A DNA stretch of 63,421 nucleotides, the filler included, from Craspedostauros australis (lineage: Eukaryota), in NCBI GenBank assembly GCA_030167865.1. It is 5 parts of 5 records of this genome, joined end to end, with 100 filler letters (N's around TTAATTAATTAA, not from the genome) between each part and the next. Parts side by side here need not be neighbours in the genome. Positions count along the whole stretch, not along the records: positions 28,000 to 50,369 come from JALAGF010002769.1; 4 more parts are not named here. One strand, written 5' to 3'. Shown in pieces: positions 36,401 to 47,004 of the stretch. Numbering within the stretch: the stretch's first letter is position 1; every line of letters starts with the position of its first letter. The notes under the pieces were generated by a model, which was not told the DNA's origin, ran no database searches, and saw only the letters and a program-made list of their open reading frames with translations. A program made the translations under genes and the position numbers.

Positions 36401-37575
36401 GTGCTGCTGCGCGCGCTGGGTCGCGTACGACGACTGCGTCTTGCGTCGCGCCGTGATGAATCTCCGCGACTACCCGTCGCGCTGCCTCTGCGGCGACCGC
36501 TGCTGCTCTTGGATCGACTGCGCAAAGTCCCATCGTCTTTCCTGCTGTCGTTGGCATCGCCTGGGACGACGGTGCCGTTGATGATGTTGTCGACGCTCTG
36601 CAATGAGAGACGCCGCCTGCGTTCTCTGGATGTGGACCGGCTTCGTCTGCGTGGTCGGGAGTGGCTGGAGCCTCTGTGTCTGCGATGGTGGTGGTGATGG
36701 ATGGGAGTTCGCGGCAGCGTGCCGCGCCGTTTCGACGGCGTCGCCTCTTCGTTGCGATCCGATGCGCGTTGCGGAGATGGCGACAGCGGGTGCTTGTCCG
36801 CCGTCTGTGGTTGGTTTGCGTCTATCAAGGCCTCATCAAAGTTGGTATTGTTGATGATGAGCGGCTCTTCGATGGCAGCTTGCAGCCTCTTGGCCAACTT
36901 GGAATCGTTGCCTCCTTTGGACCCCAGCGAAGATTTCACCCCAACCTGCATGCTGGGCATGCGCTGCGGCGCCTTCGGTGGTCCATGCTGCGACGTCTGA
37001 TGCGACGAAGATGACTTGGACGGTGCATCCAGGAGCACATCCTGGGATTCACCTGGCGATACGGATGCATCCGGCGACGTCGATGACGACATGGATTGAG
37101 TGGGAGACGTGGGCTCCGCCTCTCGCGATTTGCTCGATGGTCGTTGCATGATCCTGGATGACAGCGGTCGCTCCTCGCCGTGGCTGCTGTGGTGATCGGC
37201 ATCATTGCCGGGCAGGGAGATCTCATCTTCCTCATCCTCCTCCTCCTGATAGAAGGACGGCGAAGAGGAGTTGAAGGACGTCGACGACTGATGATGCTTC
37301 GAGCGCATCTGCCGCTTCGAGGCGCTCTGCGTGCCTGCGCCTTCGTCGTACTCCAGGTCCGTCTCGCCTTCCTCCTGCGACAGACTAGCGTCCATGCCAT
37401 AGTCGTGATCATAGTTGCGATCATCGTGATCGTGGTTGTCATTGGTATTGGCATGGCCTGGATGATGCGAGGGGGCCAACATCTCCGAATGCTCGGTCAG
37501 ATCCACATCATTCAGCACCTGCACCAGCGACATGGACGATCCGTTCAGGTCGACTTCCTCATCGTACATCTCCAT
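33496..37575 (-). CDS. Hypothetical 1359-aa R/S/K-rich disordered protein with internal repeats
   Basis: Uninterrupted 4-kb ORF with RS dipeptide runs, poly-K patches and three PxEWTxSxxT motifs. Confidence 0.75.
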   Translation of the reverse strand: MEMYDEEVDLNGSSMSLVQVLNDVDLTEHSEMLAPSHHPGHANTNDNHDHDDRNYDHDYGMDASLSQEEGETDLEYDEGAGTQSASKRQMRSKHHQSSTSFNSSSPSFYQEEEDEEDEISLPGNDADHHSSHGEERPLSSRIMQRPSSKSREAEPTSPTQSMSSSTSPDASVSPGESQDVLLDAPSKSSSSHQTSQHGPPKAPQRMPSMQVGVKSSLGSKGGNDSKLAKRLQAAIEEPLIINNTNFDEALIDANQPQTADKHPLSPSPQRASDRNEEATPSKRRGTLPRTPIHHHHHRRHRGSSHSRPRRRSRSTSRERRRRLSLQSVDNIINGTVVPGDANDSRKDDGTLRSRSKSSSGRRRGSATGSRGDSSRRDARRSRRTRPSARSSTDESQRRTPSTSRRQRSRSGNGRLRRRSVNDDNNPSRRRTSRSARRRVTSRRPARKAGPVPPEIFSDNLEPAEQHESEEEDADTIHDLPTPTNEQPAERKKGFQRHPPEWTESFNTLNTFFSKKLKSKKEESAGGRKEPSTRKPPEWTTSFNTINTIFSKKVKEQGGQDKQTPPDKDDAKMDRKPLEWTTSAKTLENMFQHRRQKKKKAKEVDPLNVTSHEEQDHIISEAFPTNDPIAGDDASWRSEEQQPPHSSAAVKRRTSVASRYTNGDMSPTRRGHQDDATARSNSGFASPTSKIRMSVKPRRQHSARDVLSSSNHELRRRDYHDGDDAIDDDAGSAHISNRHRSTAITSFRTPQPTRRKLSVSAMLESSKWTPGDSSLLVSKPSTERSDRRSRDASVQGRRARSRSRDLSIGASSAHGGVYQSSRIRGDRCSRFDNRSTLSRFYNEKRTKSVKKGKKKKGAVAKDGTSKKKKKLKPKTSDAEEKKANTNDSVGDAIKTKKTKASGAKKKTVKKKKAKKPIVEGLPAPPDLDDDTPPDAQDATPEKAAKSSDDDRTRSSHARRRSHSRSRSRSRSRSGSKDAKNRQSGMRKSSSQRVSLGSFLLDNDVEQDHNSGNRSVGNYSMGARSAPMMVRSKASLADAAATVVGSGRSVSGQSRAGRKNRAQMMRRAKSISGLADTPAQGGSRSNPRSQYRRSKSISGLDTSTSSGRGNSGSDSRSENNRSARQRTRSTSPGRNRRERSRSRSNTSMSERGNDASSHRHGSSKSLGKPNPSKRGTSVDGLKRKQKSSPSLGAFFHEEQPPKDETGLSSSSSHDRSVNSMPADVRALDRSDSGGIKRRGRRPTDDRWNATSSNSNAGSNNSHSDKSTKKREPVRGVSKDDSFLDPRRRLNPTRLQNKLNAFDADFFGGIDEEEDPNAVAVSDDASFSSVDDDSVAAENRARKLPIKHHSGDLERLFAQKKQ

Positions 37576-38132
37576 GTTGTCTGCTCTACGTTGCTTCGTT
37601 GCTTCGTTGCTTCTTTGGTCGTTATGAGTCTGATATTATATGATTGAGTTGCTGCGTTGATGTTGTGGTGGATTCAGAGCAACAACACAATAACAACAAC
37701 AGACAACAACAATGATCGTCTTCTTCTATTCCCAATTCTCACACTGCTTTTGTGGAGAATGCTCACAACACCACGTAACACGCAGCAAGCACGAAGAGGA
37801 CGTGAGTGGAACAATCGCTCGCACGAAATTATTGTGCGAGTGTGATCCTTTCGCGTGTTGAGGTACTTTTGTCACGTTTCCTCACCTCATTCACGAGTCA
37901 TGGAACCCAAACGGCCATGCATCGGACAAACTGCCCACGACCAAAAATTAACCACAACGTCACGGATCACTAATTCGCAGACTGAACGCGCAATGGCCAA
38001 TGTCCCCCTATCATTTATGACACCCGCAATGCGCAAAGCTACGGCGTCACACCAATCATGGCCGTCGTACTCTAGAGCACGAGGATCGATCTACTCCACA
38101 CACGAGTAGCTCTCTGTAGGTACTGTATTATT

Positions 38133-40538
38133 CTATCCATCCAACACAAAGCCCCCCAACTCGTCTGTCATGCCCGCACTGTCGATGCTGCCTCGCCGCA
38201 CCGGCATCTTGGGCGAATCCGCCTGGATCGGCGAATTATCCAACCGGGCAGCTGCCGGTTGCCATGGACGACGTACGTTGCGCGCAGATGTGTTGACATG
38301 GTGGTGAACAACGTCGGAATCGAATTGCCGTGCCGATTGTGCCTTTCGGAGGAACCAATCGGCTTCGACGGTGGTCTCCACAACGCTGCGCGTGGATTGC
38401 TGCCGCTTGGTGGCAGTCTTGTGCAGCAGGATGGATGGCGACAGCGTGGGCATCATGGGTGGCGGATTCGATGGACGGCGTTGCTTGGATTTGGAGCCCA
38501 CTTTCTTCTTCCCGCCCACGGCTGGCGGTGCACTTTGCAAGGTTGGCGCGGAGGAGGACGGTTCTGGATTCGGTGAAGATAGCGCCGCGTCAGTCTTGCT
38601 GCTGCTTTTCTTGCGACGCCCCGCCTTTTTGGTTTTCTTGCCAGGCGATTTCTTGGATTTCGTGCTGCTCGGCGATGACGCTTCGTTCAGTATCTGCGCG
38701 GCCTGTTGTTGGCGTGACATACGACGTTCGAGCGCATTGGCGGGCTTCGTCGAATGCGCCGATGCTTTGACTTCCAAACTCTCCTGAAACAAATCTTCGA
38801 GCGTATCCAACGACTTGCAATCATCCTCCACAACCATTCGGCGCGACGATGCGTTGCTGCTGCTGCGAGGTTGTTGTCGTTTGTGTCCCACATGGCGCGG
38901 GGATTGGTGTCTCTGTTTGCGCGCGCGGCCATCATCGCAGCTTCGCGATCGTTGGGCAGGTCCCGATCGTCGTGATCTTCGTTTCAGTTGCTGTTGTTGT
39001 GCATCATGCGACTGCTTCAGCGGCATTTCGTACACGTCGATCGGTGCGTCATCCTGCTCGCGAGGTTCGGAAGAGGTGGCGTTGATTGGCTTGTATGCAC
39101 CGGGCGGGTCCATCGGTTGGCGTTTCGACGAGGAAGAACTGGATTGGCGTTGCGGTGCTGTGCTCGAGGCTTTCACTTCGACGGATGTATCGTTGGGGAT
39201 GCTCTCACTCGCAGTCACGTCTGTATCAACGACTTCGCTGCGTGCCGCATCATCCTTCACGATCTTCTTTCGATTGCGAATATGCGGCGTCGATTGCTGG
39301 GAATTGACATCTTGAGCACGCGTCTTGGAGTCATCGTCATCATTGTCACTCCACCAATGCGCAGACTCTGGAAAGTCTTCTCGTGGCGGCGGCGGCGGCA
39401 ACAGTTGTTTCTGAAGCTGATGCTGATTGCCTCCACCGTACAATGCCCGCAACGCGTCGTCGCCCACAAGCTGCCGTGACGATCGTGGCTTGCGACCACG
39501 TTGGGGTACTTGCGATGAAGATCTGCGTCGTTCACAACTCGGCGAACGGCTGCTGGCTCTCGCGGCACGTCGCACGGCGCTGTCGATCGAAGCATGGCGT
39601 CCCGATCGTTGGTTTTTTCCTTCGTTGCTGCGAGATCGGCGTCGTCTTGCATTGGGACGTGGCGGCGTTTGTGCGTTGCCATTTGGCTGTTCGTCTTGTT
39701 GCGACCGCGAGTTGGATCGATGGCGACGGCTGATGTGCTTTGACTTTTTGACCGGCGATCTGGATCGCGACGTGATGGATCTTCTGGACGAGTTGCTTGC
39801 CGTGATGTAGTCGTAGTCATTGGCGGAAGATCGCGATCGACTGGAGCTGCGATCCCGGATCCTGGACCGATCACCGTTGTGGCTTTGGCTGCGTCCCTGA
39901 TGCAAGGGCGGCTGCGCCAGCTTTGGCATTCTGTCCACAGACGAAGCAACGGATGCATGCGGCGATCCAGTTGAAGTTGCGGTGGTGGCTTCCTCTTCCT
40001 CTGTCTCGTTGATGTTTCTGTAGCTGCTGCGTTGGTAGGCTTGGATCTTCTTCGTGATCGCTTGGGGAGACATCATCAAGTCGATGGCCTGCTGCACCAG
40101 TGCGTTAGAAGAGGAGGCCTTCTTGTCTGCCTTCTTGTCCTTGTTCTTGTCCTTGTTCCTGGTCTTATCCTTATCCTTATCCTTCGCTTTCGATTTAGCT
40201 TTCGCTCTGTCTCTGGATTTCTCAGTGCTTTTGCTGCGACTTCGACGGCTGCTGTTGGTGCTGTTGCCGCTCCTTGACTTGGACTTGGCCGATGACTTGG
40301 TCTTGGACTTGCTGCCTTTCTTGTCGCCGCCGCTGCTGCTCTTTGGTGGCTTCTCGAATGTCGCTACCGTGCGTGTGGATGCAGGATGTTTGAGGTTCGT
40401 CTGGCTGAGGTTGGTGCTGTTCTTGAACACGGCCAACGCGTGCTCGTTGGCTTGCAGGATCATGGCCGCCGATTCTGCGCTAGTCGGACTGCGAGTATTG
40501 ATGGAGGTGTTTGTTGCGATGCCTTGCTGCGCATCCAT
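38133..40538 (-). CDS. Hypothetical ~800-aa K/R/S-rich disordered protein
   Basis: Long ORF, first ATG at 40538. C-terminal SPKMPVRRGS is a PxxPxRxxS-type motif I recall as frequent in diatom hypothetical proteins. Confidence 0.7.
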   Translation of the reverse strand: MDAQQGIATNTSINTRSPTSAESAAMILQANEHALAVFKNSTNLSQTNLKHPASTRTVATFEKPPKSSSGGDKKGSKSKTKSSAKSKSRSGNSTNSSRRSRSKSTEKSRDRAKAKSKAKDKDKDKTRNKDKNKDKKADKKASSSNALVQQAIDLMMSPQAITKKIQAYQRSSYRNINETEEEEATTATSTGSPHASVASSVDRMPKLAQPPLHQGRSQSHNGDRSRIRDRSSSRSRSSANDYDYITASNSSRRSITSRSRSPVKKSKHISRRHRSNSRSQQDEQPNGNAQTPPRPNARRRRSRSNEGKNQRSGRHASIDSAVRRAARASSRSPSCERRRSSSQVPQRGRKPRSSRQLVGDDALRALYGGGNQHQLQKQLLPPPPPREDFPESAHWWSDNDDDDSKTRAQDVNSQQSTPHIRNRKKIVKDDAARSEVVDTDVTASESIPNDTSVEVKASSTAPQRQSSSSSSKRQPMDPPGAYKPINATSSEPREQDDAPIDVYEMPLKQSHDAQQQQLKRRSRRSGPAQRSRSCDDGRARKQRHQSPRHVGHKRQQPRSSSNASSRRMVVEDDCKSLDTLEDLFQESLEVKASAHSTKPANALERRMSRQQQAAQILNEASSPSSTKSKKSPGKKTKKAGRRKKSSSKTDAALSSPNPEPSSSAPTLQSAPPAVGGKKKVGSKSKQRRPSNPPPMMPTLSPSILLHKTATKRQQSTRSVVETTVEADWFLRKAQSARQFDSDVVHHHVNTSARNVRRPWQPAAARLDNSPIQADSPKMPVRRGSIDSAGMTDELGGFVLDG

Positions 40539-41952
40539 CCCTTGCAGTCTTCTGAGAATCGCAGGCTTTGCAGTTGTCTCTGTGCGAGTGTCTGTTGTGT
40601 GGTATTGTGTGGTATTGTTTGGTATTAGTATTGTTATGACCAATGGTACCAGTGAAGCCGAGCGGAGTCGATTTCTCTGGTTCCGATCACTTCACAGAAA
40701 TCAGGATTGCTTAGCGTTCCGTGTCTGTGTTGTCGTTCTGCGATTGTGTGCGCTCTCTGGGTCGTATTTGGATCCCTCTGCTCTGCTCTTCGAATATGAA
40801 TATATGTGCATGTGTATCTGAATGAGCACGTGTATGAGAATGATGGTGAAGTTTGGATGTTGTCATGTGTCCCCCATGGAGTGTGTTGGAGGCTGCGATC
40901 GTACTCGAGGGGGCTCTGTGGTTGAAGATGGAGGAGTGTGTGTTGCTGCTTGTCTCTCTCTTTGGTGCTCAGGCGCTGTGGCAGAAGCAACTGCAGTGGT
41001 CGCAGTTGGTGTCTCTGCTTTGGGTGGCCGCGAGCGAGGGGCATGCATCAGATCGGCGTCGCAACGATGGGCATCCACATCGGTGAGCGGCGACGATGAC
41101 ACTGGATCAGTGTGCGAAGACTGCTTCTGATTGCGTATTACTTGTGCCACTTCCGGTTGGAACATGGTGTCAGATAAGAGCAAAGTGATCGCTTCTCTCG
41201 TTCTCTCGTTCGCTTCATTTCATCGTGACGATTTGGTGAGCGTTGCTCGGCGATGCTTTGTCCCTATTGTTGACCACCTCATTCATCCCATGGCGCATCA
41301 TCACGCGCAACCGCCACCTCTTCAGCGAAAACAACCTGCGCGAATTCCGTTGTGATAGTCCCTTTGCCAATTTTATTGCTGTTGATCGTGACAACAACGT
41401 CTGAGCAAAAGTATCAACACCACCAACAGTGCTCACAATTCACGAACGGACATCATGACGGCCAACCATTTCCAGCGCCCTCGTGTTGCAAGCGAGTCGT
41501 AAAGGGAGAGAATAGGCGTAATGACATTCGCTCAGGCCATACTGAATGACTCTATTGCTTGTGAGTGACAACTTGGAATGTTCTTCGCGAAAACGAGGGG
41601 TGGAATTCGTGAATCGACCGGTTCGATCGCAACACGTCACACCTGCATTTTGGCGAAACGCACCAATATGCAACGACTATGAAGATAAATGTAGGGTCTG
41701 TCCGTGTATACGGATGGATGAGACACATCATCATTTCCGGCCAAGCGTTTCTCGACAATTCCGGTCGTCCTCATTTCGCGCCACAAATCTCCACATCAAC
41801 GCATCGTTTTTCTTCTTTGGCAGAACACAGAGATCCATCACCAACAACCAACATCCTTTCACATGGATTGATTGAAGTGGGAGCGCATTCATCCAGCAAC
41901 AGAATAGGAAGGTCACCCATTACCATACACACGCTGCTTTCGCAAACGAACG

Positions 41953-43920
41953 ATGGGCAAGTCACGCAATTCCAAAAAGCGACAGAAGTCTGCGCAAACA
42001 CAGACTCAGCAATTGTCTGATGCAGCGGTGGATTCCAGCAAAGACAAGAAACGAAGGAAGAGGTCGAGGAAAGAAGCCGATGACTCTGCGCCCTCCGATG
42101 GAACAAATGCAGCCGCGCAGCACAGCGAAATCAGCAGTGATATCAGCAGTACCACAGTGAGGACGGATCCATCGCTCAAGGTGAAATTGATCGGATCTGC
42201 GGATAACAGTTGCGGTGTTCCTCCACCTCTGCGGATAGATGAGAAGAAGGACGCAGACGAATCAAATTCCAGTCTTCCTTCGAAAGAAGACACCCCGGAA
42301 CGTAAAGTCGCACAGATATGGCATGAGCTCATTCAGAATGGATGGCTGCAAAGCCGGCAATCCACAACCGCCGAAGATCGCGCTGTGCCCACTCCTCTGC
42401 AAAGCCAGTGCTGGTCCATCCTCCTGCAACGCAAGCAACTCGTTGGCATTTCTCCCACAGGGACCGGCAAAACGTTGGCGTACGCCGTCCCCACGGTCGT
42501 ATCCGCAATGCAAGATATCGGTTCCTTTGTCTTGATTCTCGTCCCAACGCGCGAACTGGTCAACCAGGTGGCCAAGGCCTGCAGCAAGGTGGCCAAGACG
42601 ACGGCCGCGCGCAACGGCAAATCCAAGTGTCACATTGTTACCATCTACGGTGGCGCCGATAAGCAGGAACAGGAAGAGCTACTCTTGAAGCATCGCAAGA
42701 AGTCGCGCGTTGTGGTATCGACGCCTGGCAGACTGGCCGATCTTTTTGGCGACGAAAGCATTGCCAAGGCCTACCGCAATCCCAAGTACATTCTGTTTGA
42801 CGAAGCCGATCAACTCGCCAAGGAAGATTTGGCCGAGCAGATTGACGATGTGTTGGGGAAAGTGAACAAGAAGGACGCGGTCGTCGCGTTGTTTTCGGCA
42901 ACGTTTCCCAAAAAGATCCGATCCAAATTGGCCGATTGGTTGGCAACGCCGTACATCATGGTGCAAACGCAAAGCATCAAGGATGGTGCGCCCATCGCGG
43001 CGTCCAAGTCCGAGGATGGCGAAAGCATGGCGCAGCAGCATTCGCTGGACGGATGTGCCGCGATCCCCGCCAACATCGAACAGATCGTTCATGTGTGCGC
43101 CGAACATAAGAAACCCAAAAAGCTGATGCACACCCTGCGCACGGCCAGCAAGAATTTCCATCACGCACGCACGCGCCCACTCGGCATCGTCTTCTTCGGA
43201 CGTATCGAAAAGTTGAAATACGTCTCCAAACTGTTGCAGAAGGACGGCATAAACTGCCTCGAATTGCACGGCCAGCTGCCCAATCGCGTGCGCCAACAGA
43301 ACTTGCAAAACTTCTCGGCCGGAAAATGCCCCATCATCTTGGCCACCGATCTCGCGGCGCGTGGTATCCACGTCAAGGCCGTGCGGTTTTGCATCCACTA
43401 CGACTTTCCCGGCAATTTGGAACAGTACATCCATCGTTGCGGACGCGCGGGTCGTGATGGCAAGCCGGCCGCAACATACGGATTCTTGACGCGCAACTTG
43501 CAACCGCTGGCGGCCTCGTTAATCGAGCTGTTGCGCAATTCCAACGCGGCCGTCGATCCCAATCTCATCGCTTTGGCGCAAGATGGAACCAAATTGAAGA
43601 CGAAGAAGGACAAGTCGAAAAAGATGGACAATGGCAATGCCGATGATGTTGTGGGGGATAAGAACACAACACCGAAGCACGACAAGAAGAAGAAAACGAA
43701 GAAGATGGAAGCAAAGCCGGCAACGACAGAATCCTCGAAGAAAGCTGCGCCCAGCAACATGAACAAACCCGACCAGGCCCAGAAGGCGACCAAAGATGAC
43801 GCAGATGACGACATCGATGAATTTGACAGTCTGAAACCAAACCGCATCGTGCTGAAGCGTGCCGCTCATGTTAGCGACGCTTCCGATTCCAGTGACGATG
43901 ATGACGACGACGACAATTGA
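41953..43920 (+). CDS. DEAD-box ATP-dependent RNA helicase
   Basis: Q motif PTPLQ, I SPTGTGKT, Ia PTREL, Ib TPGRL, II DEAD, III SAT, V LAARGIHV, VI HRCGRAGR; K-rich termini and an acidic tail. Confidence 0.96.
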   Translation: MGKSRNSKKRQKSAQTQTQQLSDAAVDSSKDKKRRKRSRKEADDSAPSDGTNAAAQHSEISSDISSTTVRTDPSLKVKLIGSADNSCGVPPPLRIDEKKDADESNSSLPSKEDTPERKVAQIWHELIQNGWLQSRQSTTAEDRAVPTPLQSQCWSILLQRKQLVGISPTGTGKTLAYAVPTVVSAMQDIGSFVLILVPTRELVNQVAKACSKVAKTTAARNGKSKCHIVTIYGGADKQEQEELLLKHRKKSRVVVSTPGRLADLFGDESIAKAYRNPKYILFDEADQLAKEDLAEQIDDVLGKVNKKDAVVALFSATFPKKIRSKLADWLATPYIMVQTQSIKDGAPIAASKSEDGESMAQQHSLDGCAAIPANIEQIVHVCAEHKKPKKLMHTLRTASKNFHHARTRPLGIVFFGRIEKLKYVSKLLQKDGINCLELHGQLPNRVRQQNLQNFSAGKCPIILATDLAARGIHVKAVRFCIHYDFPGNLEQYIHRCGRAGRDGKPAATYGFLTRNLQPLAASLIELLRNSNAAVDPNLIALAQDGTKLKTKKDKSKKMDNGNADDVVGDKNTTPKHDKKKKTKKMEAKPATTESSKKAAPSNMNKPDQAQKATKDDADDDIDEFDSLKPNRIVLKRAAHVSDASDSSDDDDDDDN

Positions 43921-44386
43921 ATCCCATCCAGCTTTGGTGCTCACGAAAAATGGATTACTCTACTCTATTGCGCATAGATTCAGTTTCAGTCATGTGTATG
44001 CGTGATTGAAATCGTCATTGTTTCGATACGAACAAAACGGTTGATTTCCACACCCATCTCCACTTCAACTGATGCCAGCCTCTTCCTCCATCATTCATCG
44101 TTGTTGTGACAGCAACATGCTTCGATGATGGTACAAGACATGCTGCTGTGCTCATGTCATCATCATTCCTGACACTTCACAGCATTCCCATTCCATCGTC
44201 TGCAGACCGGGGCGTCGTTGCACGGCCAGCAGCTGTCGCAAGGTGGCAGTCGCAACACACAGAAGTTCCGCTGTGATTGCGCCGCCACCACAAGGGTCTC
44301 CTTCGAGATGCGACACTGACCCAACCAGCAGCCATCGACAGAGTCATCAAGTAGAGCACTCCGCGAGCACAATCATACACGCGAGT

Positions 44387-46189
44387 ATGAACGTCGGTGA
44401 CAACGATGGCCATGATAGTGCTGATGATGCTACCAAACTCCATCATGATCAATCCAAGAGGATGATGAATGTGAAGAATGGACGGAAACCAAACACAGCA
44501 CAACGCAGACACAAACACAAACAACAGCGTTCTCTGTCATCGAAGTTCGTGATCGCCATCATCGTTCAGATCCTTACTTCAGCTATGTTCATGTGGAAGC
44601 TATCTCAGACTGTCGATCCAACGCAACACCCATCACATCCGTCTCAACATCAACATCAATATCAACGTGCCAATAATCGCTTTAATCGATCAACGACGGG
44701 GCTGCCCAACACGAGTGCTACCGTGGCTTCTGCGGCTTCAGCTTCAGCTTCAAGCGCTGCCGAGATTGAGAAAGCACCAGAATCTGTCCCTATCCCCGTT
44801 TCCGCACCTTCACCGCAAGCACACGCAAAAGTAAAACCAAACAAAGCACAAACAACGCACGCAAAGAAGATGCCACGGTTCATCATCCATGTTGGACCAT
44901 CCAAGACGGCGACCACCACCATCCAAACCAGCCTGGCGGATCTGTCCAGAAGCAACATCCTCAGGCAAGATCACTACATGTACTGGGGACGGTACCATCT
45001 GAACGGGCAATTCAGGGGGAATCGGATGGGATATCTCAATGACATGTGGAACATGACGTGCATGCATGACGATTACACCGCATACCTGCACAAGAAACGT
45101 CAATTGCAATCCGCAGGCAATGTAACCAATGTAACCAATGCAACAGATGCAACCAATACAACAGACGCCGTCACACCATCGCCACCTCCGATTCCAATTC
45201 CGCATTGCGTCAAGAGGATGAAGAACCTACTAAATGCACTGAGGCAGCGTGGCCTGTCCACCATCATGAGCGACGAGAAGTACTCCTACCTGCAGCGTTT
45301 CAGGCGCGGCATCTACGACAACCCCGTCTTCTTCGAAAACATCAGGGACCTCTTGGCTGGCTGGAATCTGACCGTTGTCGTCACGTACCGCCGCGTCTTC
45401 GAATGGATGCTCAGCACCATGAAGGAGATGAACGGTAGCGCGGCTGAGGAGAACAACGAATGCACCCGATGGCCAAAGGATGGCGGCGAAGCGCATCCCC
45501 GAACCTGGCCGTTGATCTACGAATGGATCCGATCGAGCTCCCGTCCCTTCTTTGGACATCCACGCCATCGCAAGACCATGACGCTGAGGTACGTCCACAT
45601 GGATGGGACGGTCCAGAACTGGGGAGAAGGTGGCGTCGCCGTCCACGCCCTCAACCTCCATTCCAAGCAGCACATCACGCAGCAGCTCATGTGCGACTTC
45701 ATCGACGATGCTCCCAACTCCTGCCACCATCTACGGAACCAGACGGTCAACGTCGCACGCAATGTGCGCAACATGGCGTGGTTCAACTACAACGACATCA
45801 TCTTCGCGGCTGCCGAACGTGGTCTCATCAGTGCAGACACGCAGACTCAGCGCACCAGAATCGAAATGGTAGATGAGATGGTGCGATATCACCGCGACGT
45901 GCTGAACAAGACGATCGCCGATCTTCCGTTGAATTGTCCCAATGATGGACATCTGGAGTATTTGCTCGCGATATCACTTGCCACGGAAGCGAAGCTGATG
46001 CCGGAATGGTACGCATCTCCTGAGGGCGAGGCGATGCACCGCTCGTCCTTTCAGCGCATCGCGTACGAGAGACGCGAATTCTGCAACATCGATCTGGACC
46101 GATTGTTCCAGGATGTGACATCATGGGAGGGTTTGCTTCAGAGCATGAAGAAGAAGAAGAAGAAGAGGAAGGAGGGGAGACAGAAGTAG
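44387..46189 (+). CDS. Type II membrane P-loop protein, sulfotransferase-like
   Basis: N-terminal TM (FVIAIIVQILTSAMFMW), P/A/S-rich stem, then FIIHVGPSKTATTTIQ (5'-PSB-like loop), IMSDE and VVVTYRR. The start codon is uncertain (44387 or 44462). Confidence 0.68.
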   Translation: MNVGDNDGHDSADDATKLHHDQSKRMMNVKNGRKPNTAQRRHKHKQQRSLSSKFVIAIIVQILTSAMFMWKLSQTVDPTQHPSHPSQHQHQYQRANNRFNRSTTGLPNTSATVASAASASASSAAEIEKAPESVPIPVSAPSPQAHAKVKPNKAQTTHAKKMPRFIIHVGPSKTATTTIQTSLADLSRSNILRQDHYMYWGRYHLNGQFRGNRMGYLNDMWNMTCMHDDYTAYLHKKRQLQSAGNVTNVTNATDATNTTDAVTPSPPPIPIPHCVKRMKNLLNALRQRGLSTIMSDEKYSYLQRFRRGIYDNPVFFENIRDLLAGWNLTVVVTYRRVFEWMLSTMKEMNGSAAEENNECTRWPKDGGEAHPRTWPLIYEWIRSSSRPFFGHPRHRKTMTLRYVHMDGTVQNWGEGGVAVHALNLHSKQHITQQLMCDFIDDAPNSCHHLRNQTVNVARNVRNMAWFNYNDIIFAAAERGLISADTQTQRTRIEMVDEMVRYHRDVLNKTIADLPLNCPNDGHLEYLLAISLATEAKLMPEWYASPEGEAMHRSSFQRIAYERREFCNIDLDRLFQDVTSWEGLLQSMKKKKKKRKEGRQK

Positions 46190-47004
46190 AGCAGAGCAGA
46201 ACAGAACAGCAGACTGCGCCACCATAGATCGTTGCTACAATAACATCATACTCCACATGTATTTGAATATTCTACGATGTAATTGAATACTGTGGTGGGG
46301 TACTGGCTTTGGTGGTAGTGAGACTATCATCCACCAACACGACTCGCGAACAACCACTCATGATGGTTCGGTTGGTCAACTGGGTCGATTGCTGGAACGA
46401 CAACGACATTCATTCGTGACGTCATGTGCAACAACCGCCATCTGCCGCTTCGATTTTCCGCCAATTCCATCCACCAATTTCCGTCGGAGGCAGAGAAGAA
46501 GAACAAGAACAAGAACAAGAGACATCACCATCAGCTCTCTCTCTCTCTCTCTGCGCAACCATCCTTCATGACCAACCAATCACCAAACCAGACATCCAAA
46601 ACAGAAGCAAACAGAAGCAAACAGAGACAAACAGAAGCAGAAAGCGAACGACACATCACCACCCTCCCTCCCTTTTCTTCCCTTTTCTTCCCTTCTCTCT
46701 CCTCTTGTTCCTCCTCCTTTCGTTCTCATTTCATTCTCGTTCTTCTTCCATCTCTTCTTCGGAGCCACTTTCGCCATTCCATCGCACTCCATTCCGCGCC
46801 ACCAACCAATCGACCAACTTGTTGGGCTCCGCACATATCTCTCAACTTGCGATCTTGTCCGACATCTTCCATCACATCCTCATTTGAAGACAACGGCATA
46901 GCACATCACAAGGCAGCGTGCTGTAGAGAAATAGAGAGAAGTAGTGGAGACAGTGGAGACATCGCACACCAGAGACGCAGAAAAGTGGCAGAGAACGCAA
47001 CAAC

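Noticed and set aside
33496..40538. K/R/S-rich proteins as silaffin-like or adhesive proteins
   Set aside because: Neither has an N-terminal signal peptide; the composition fits intracellular disordered proteins.
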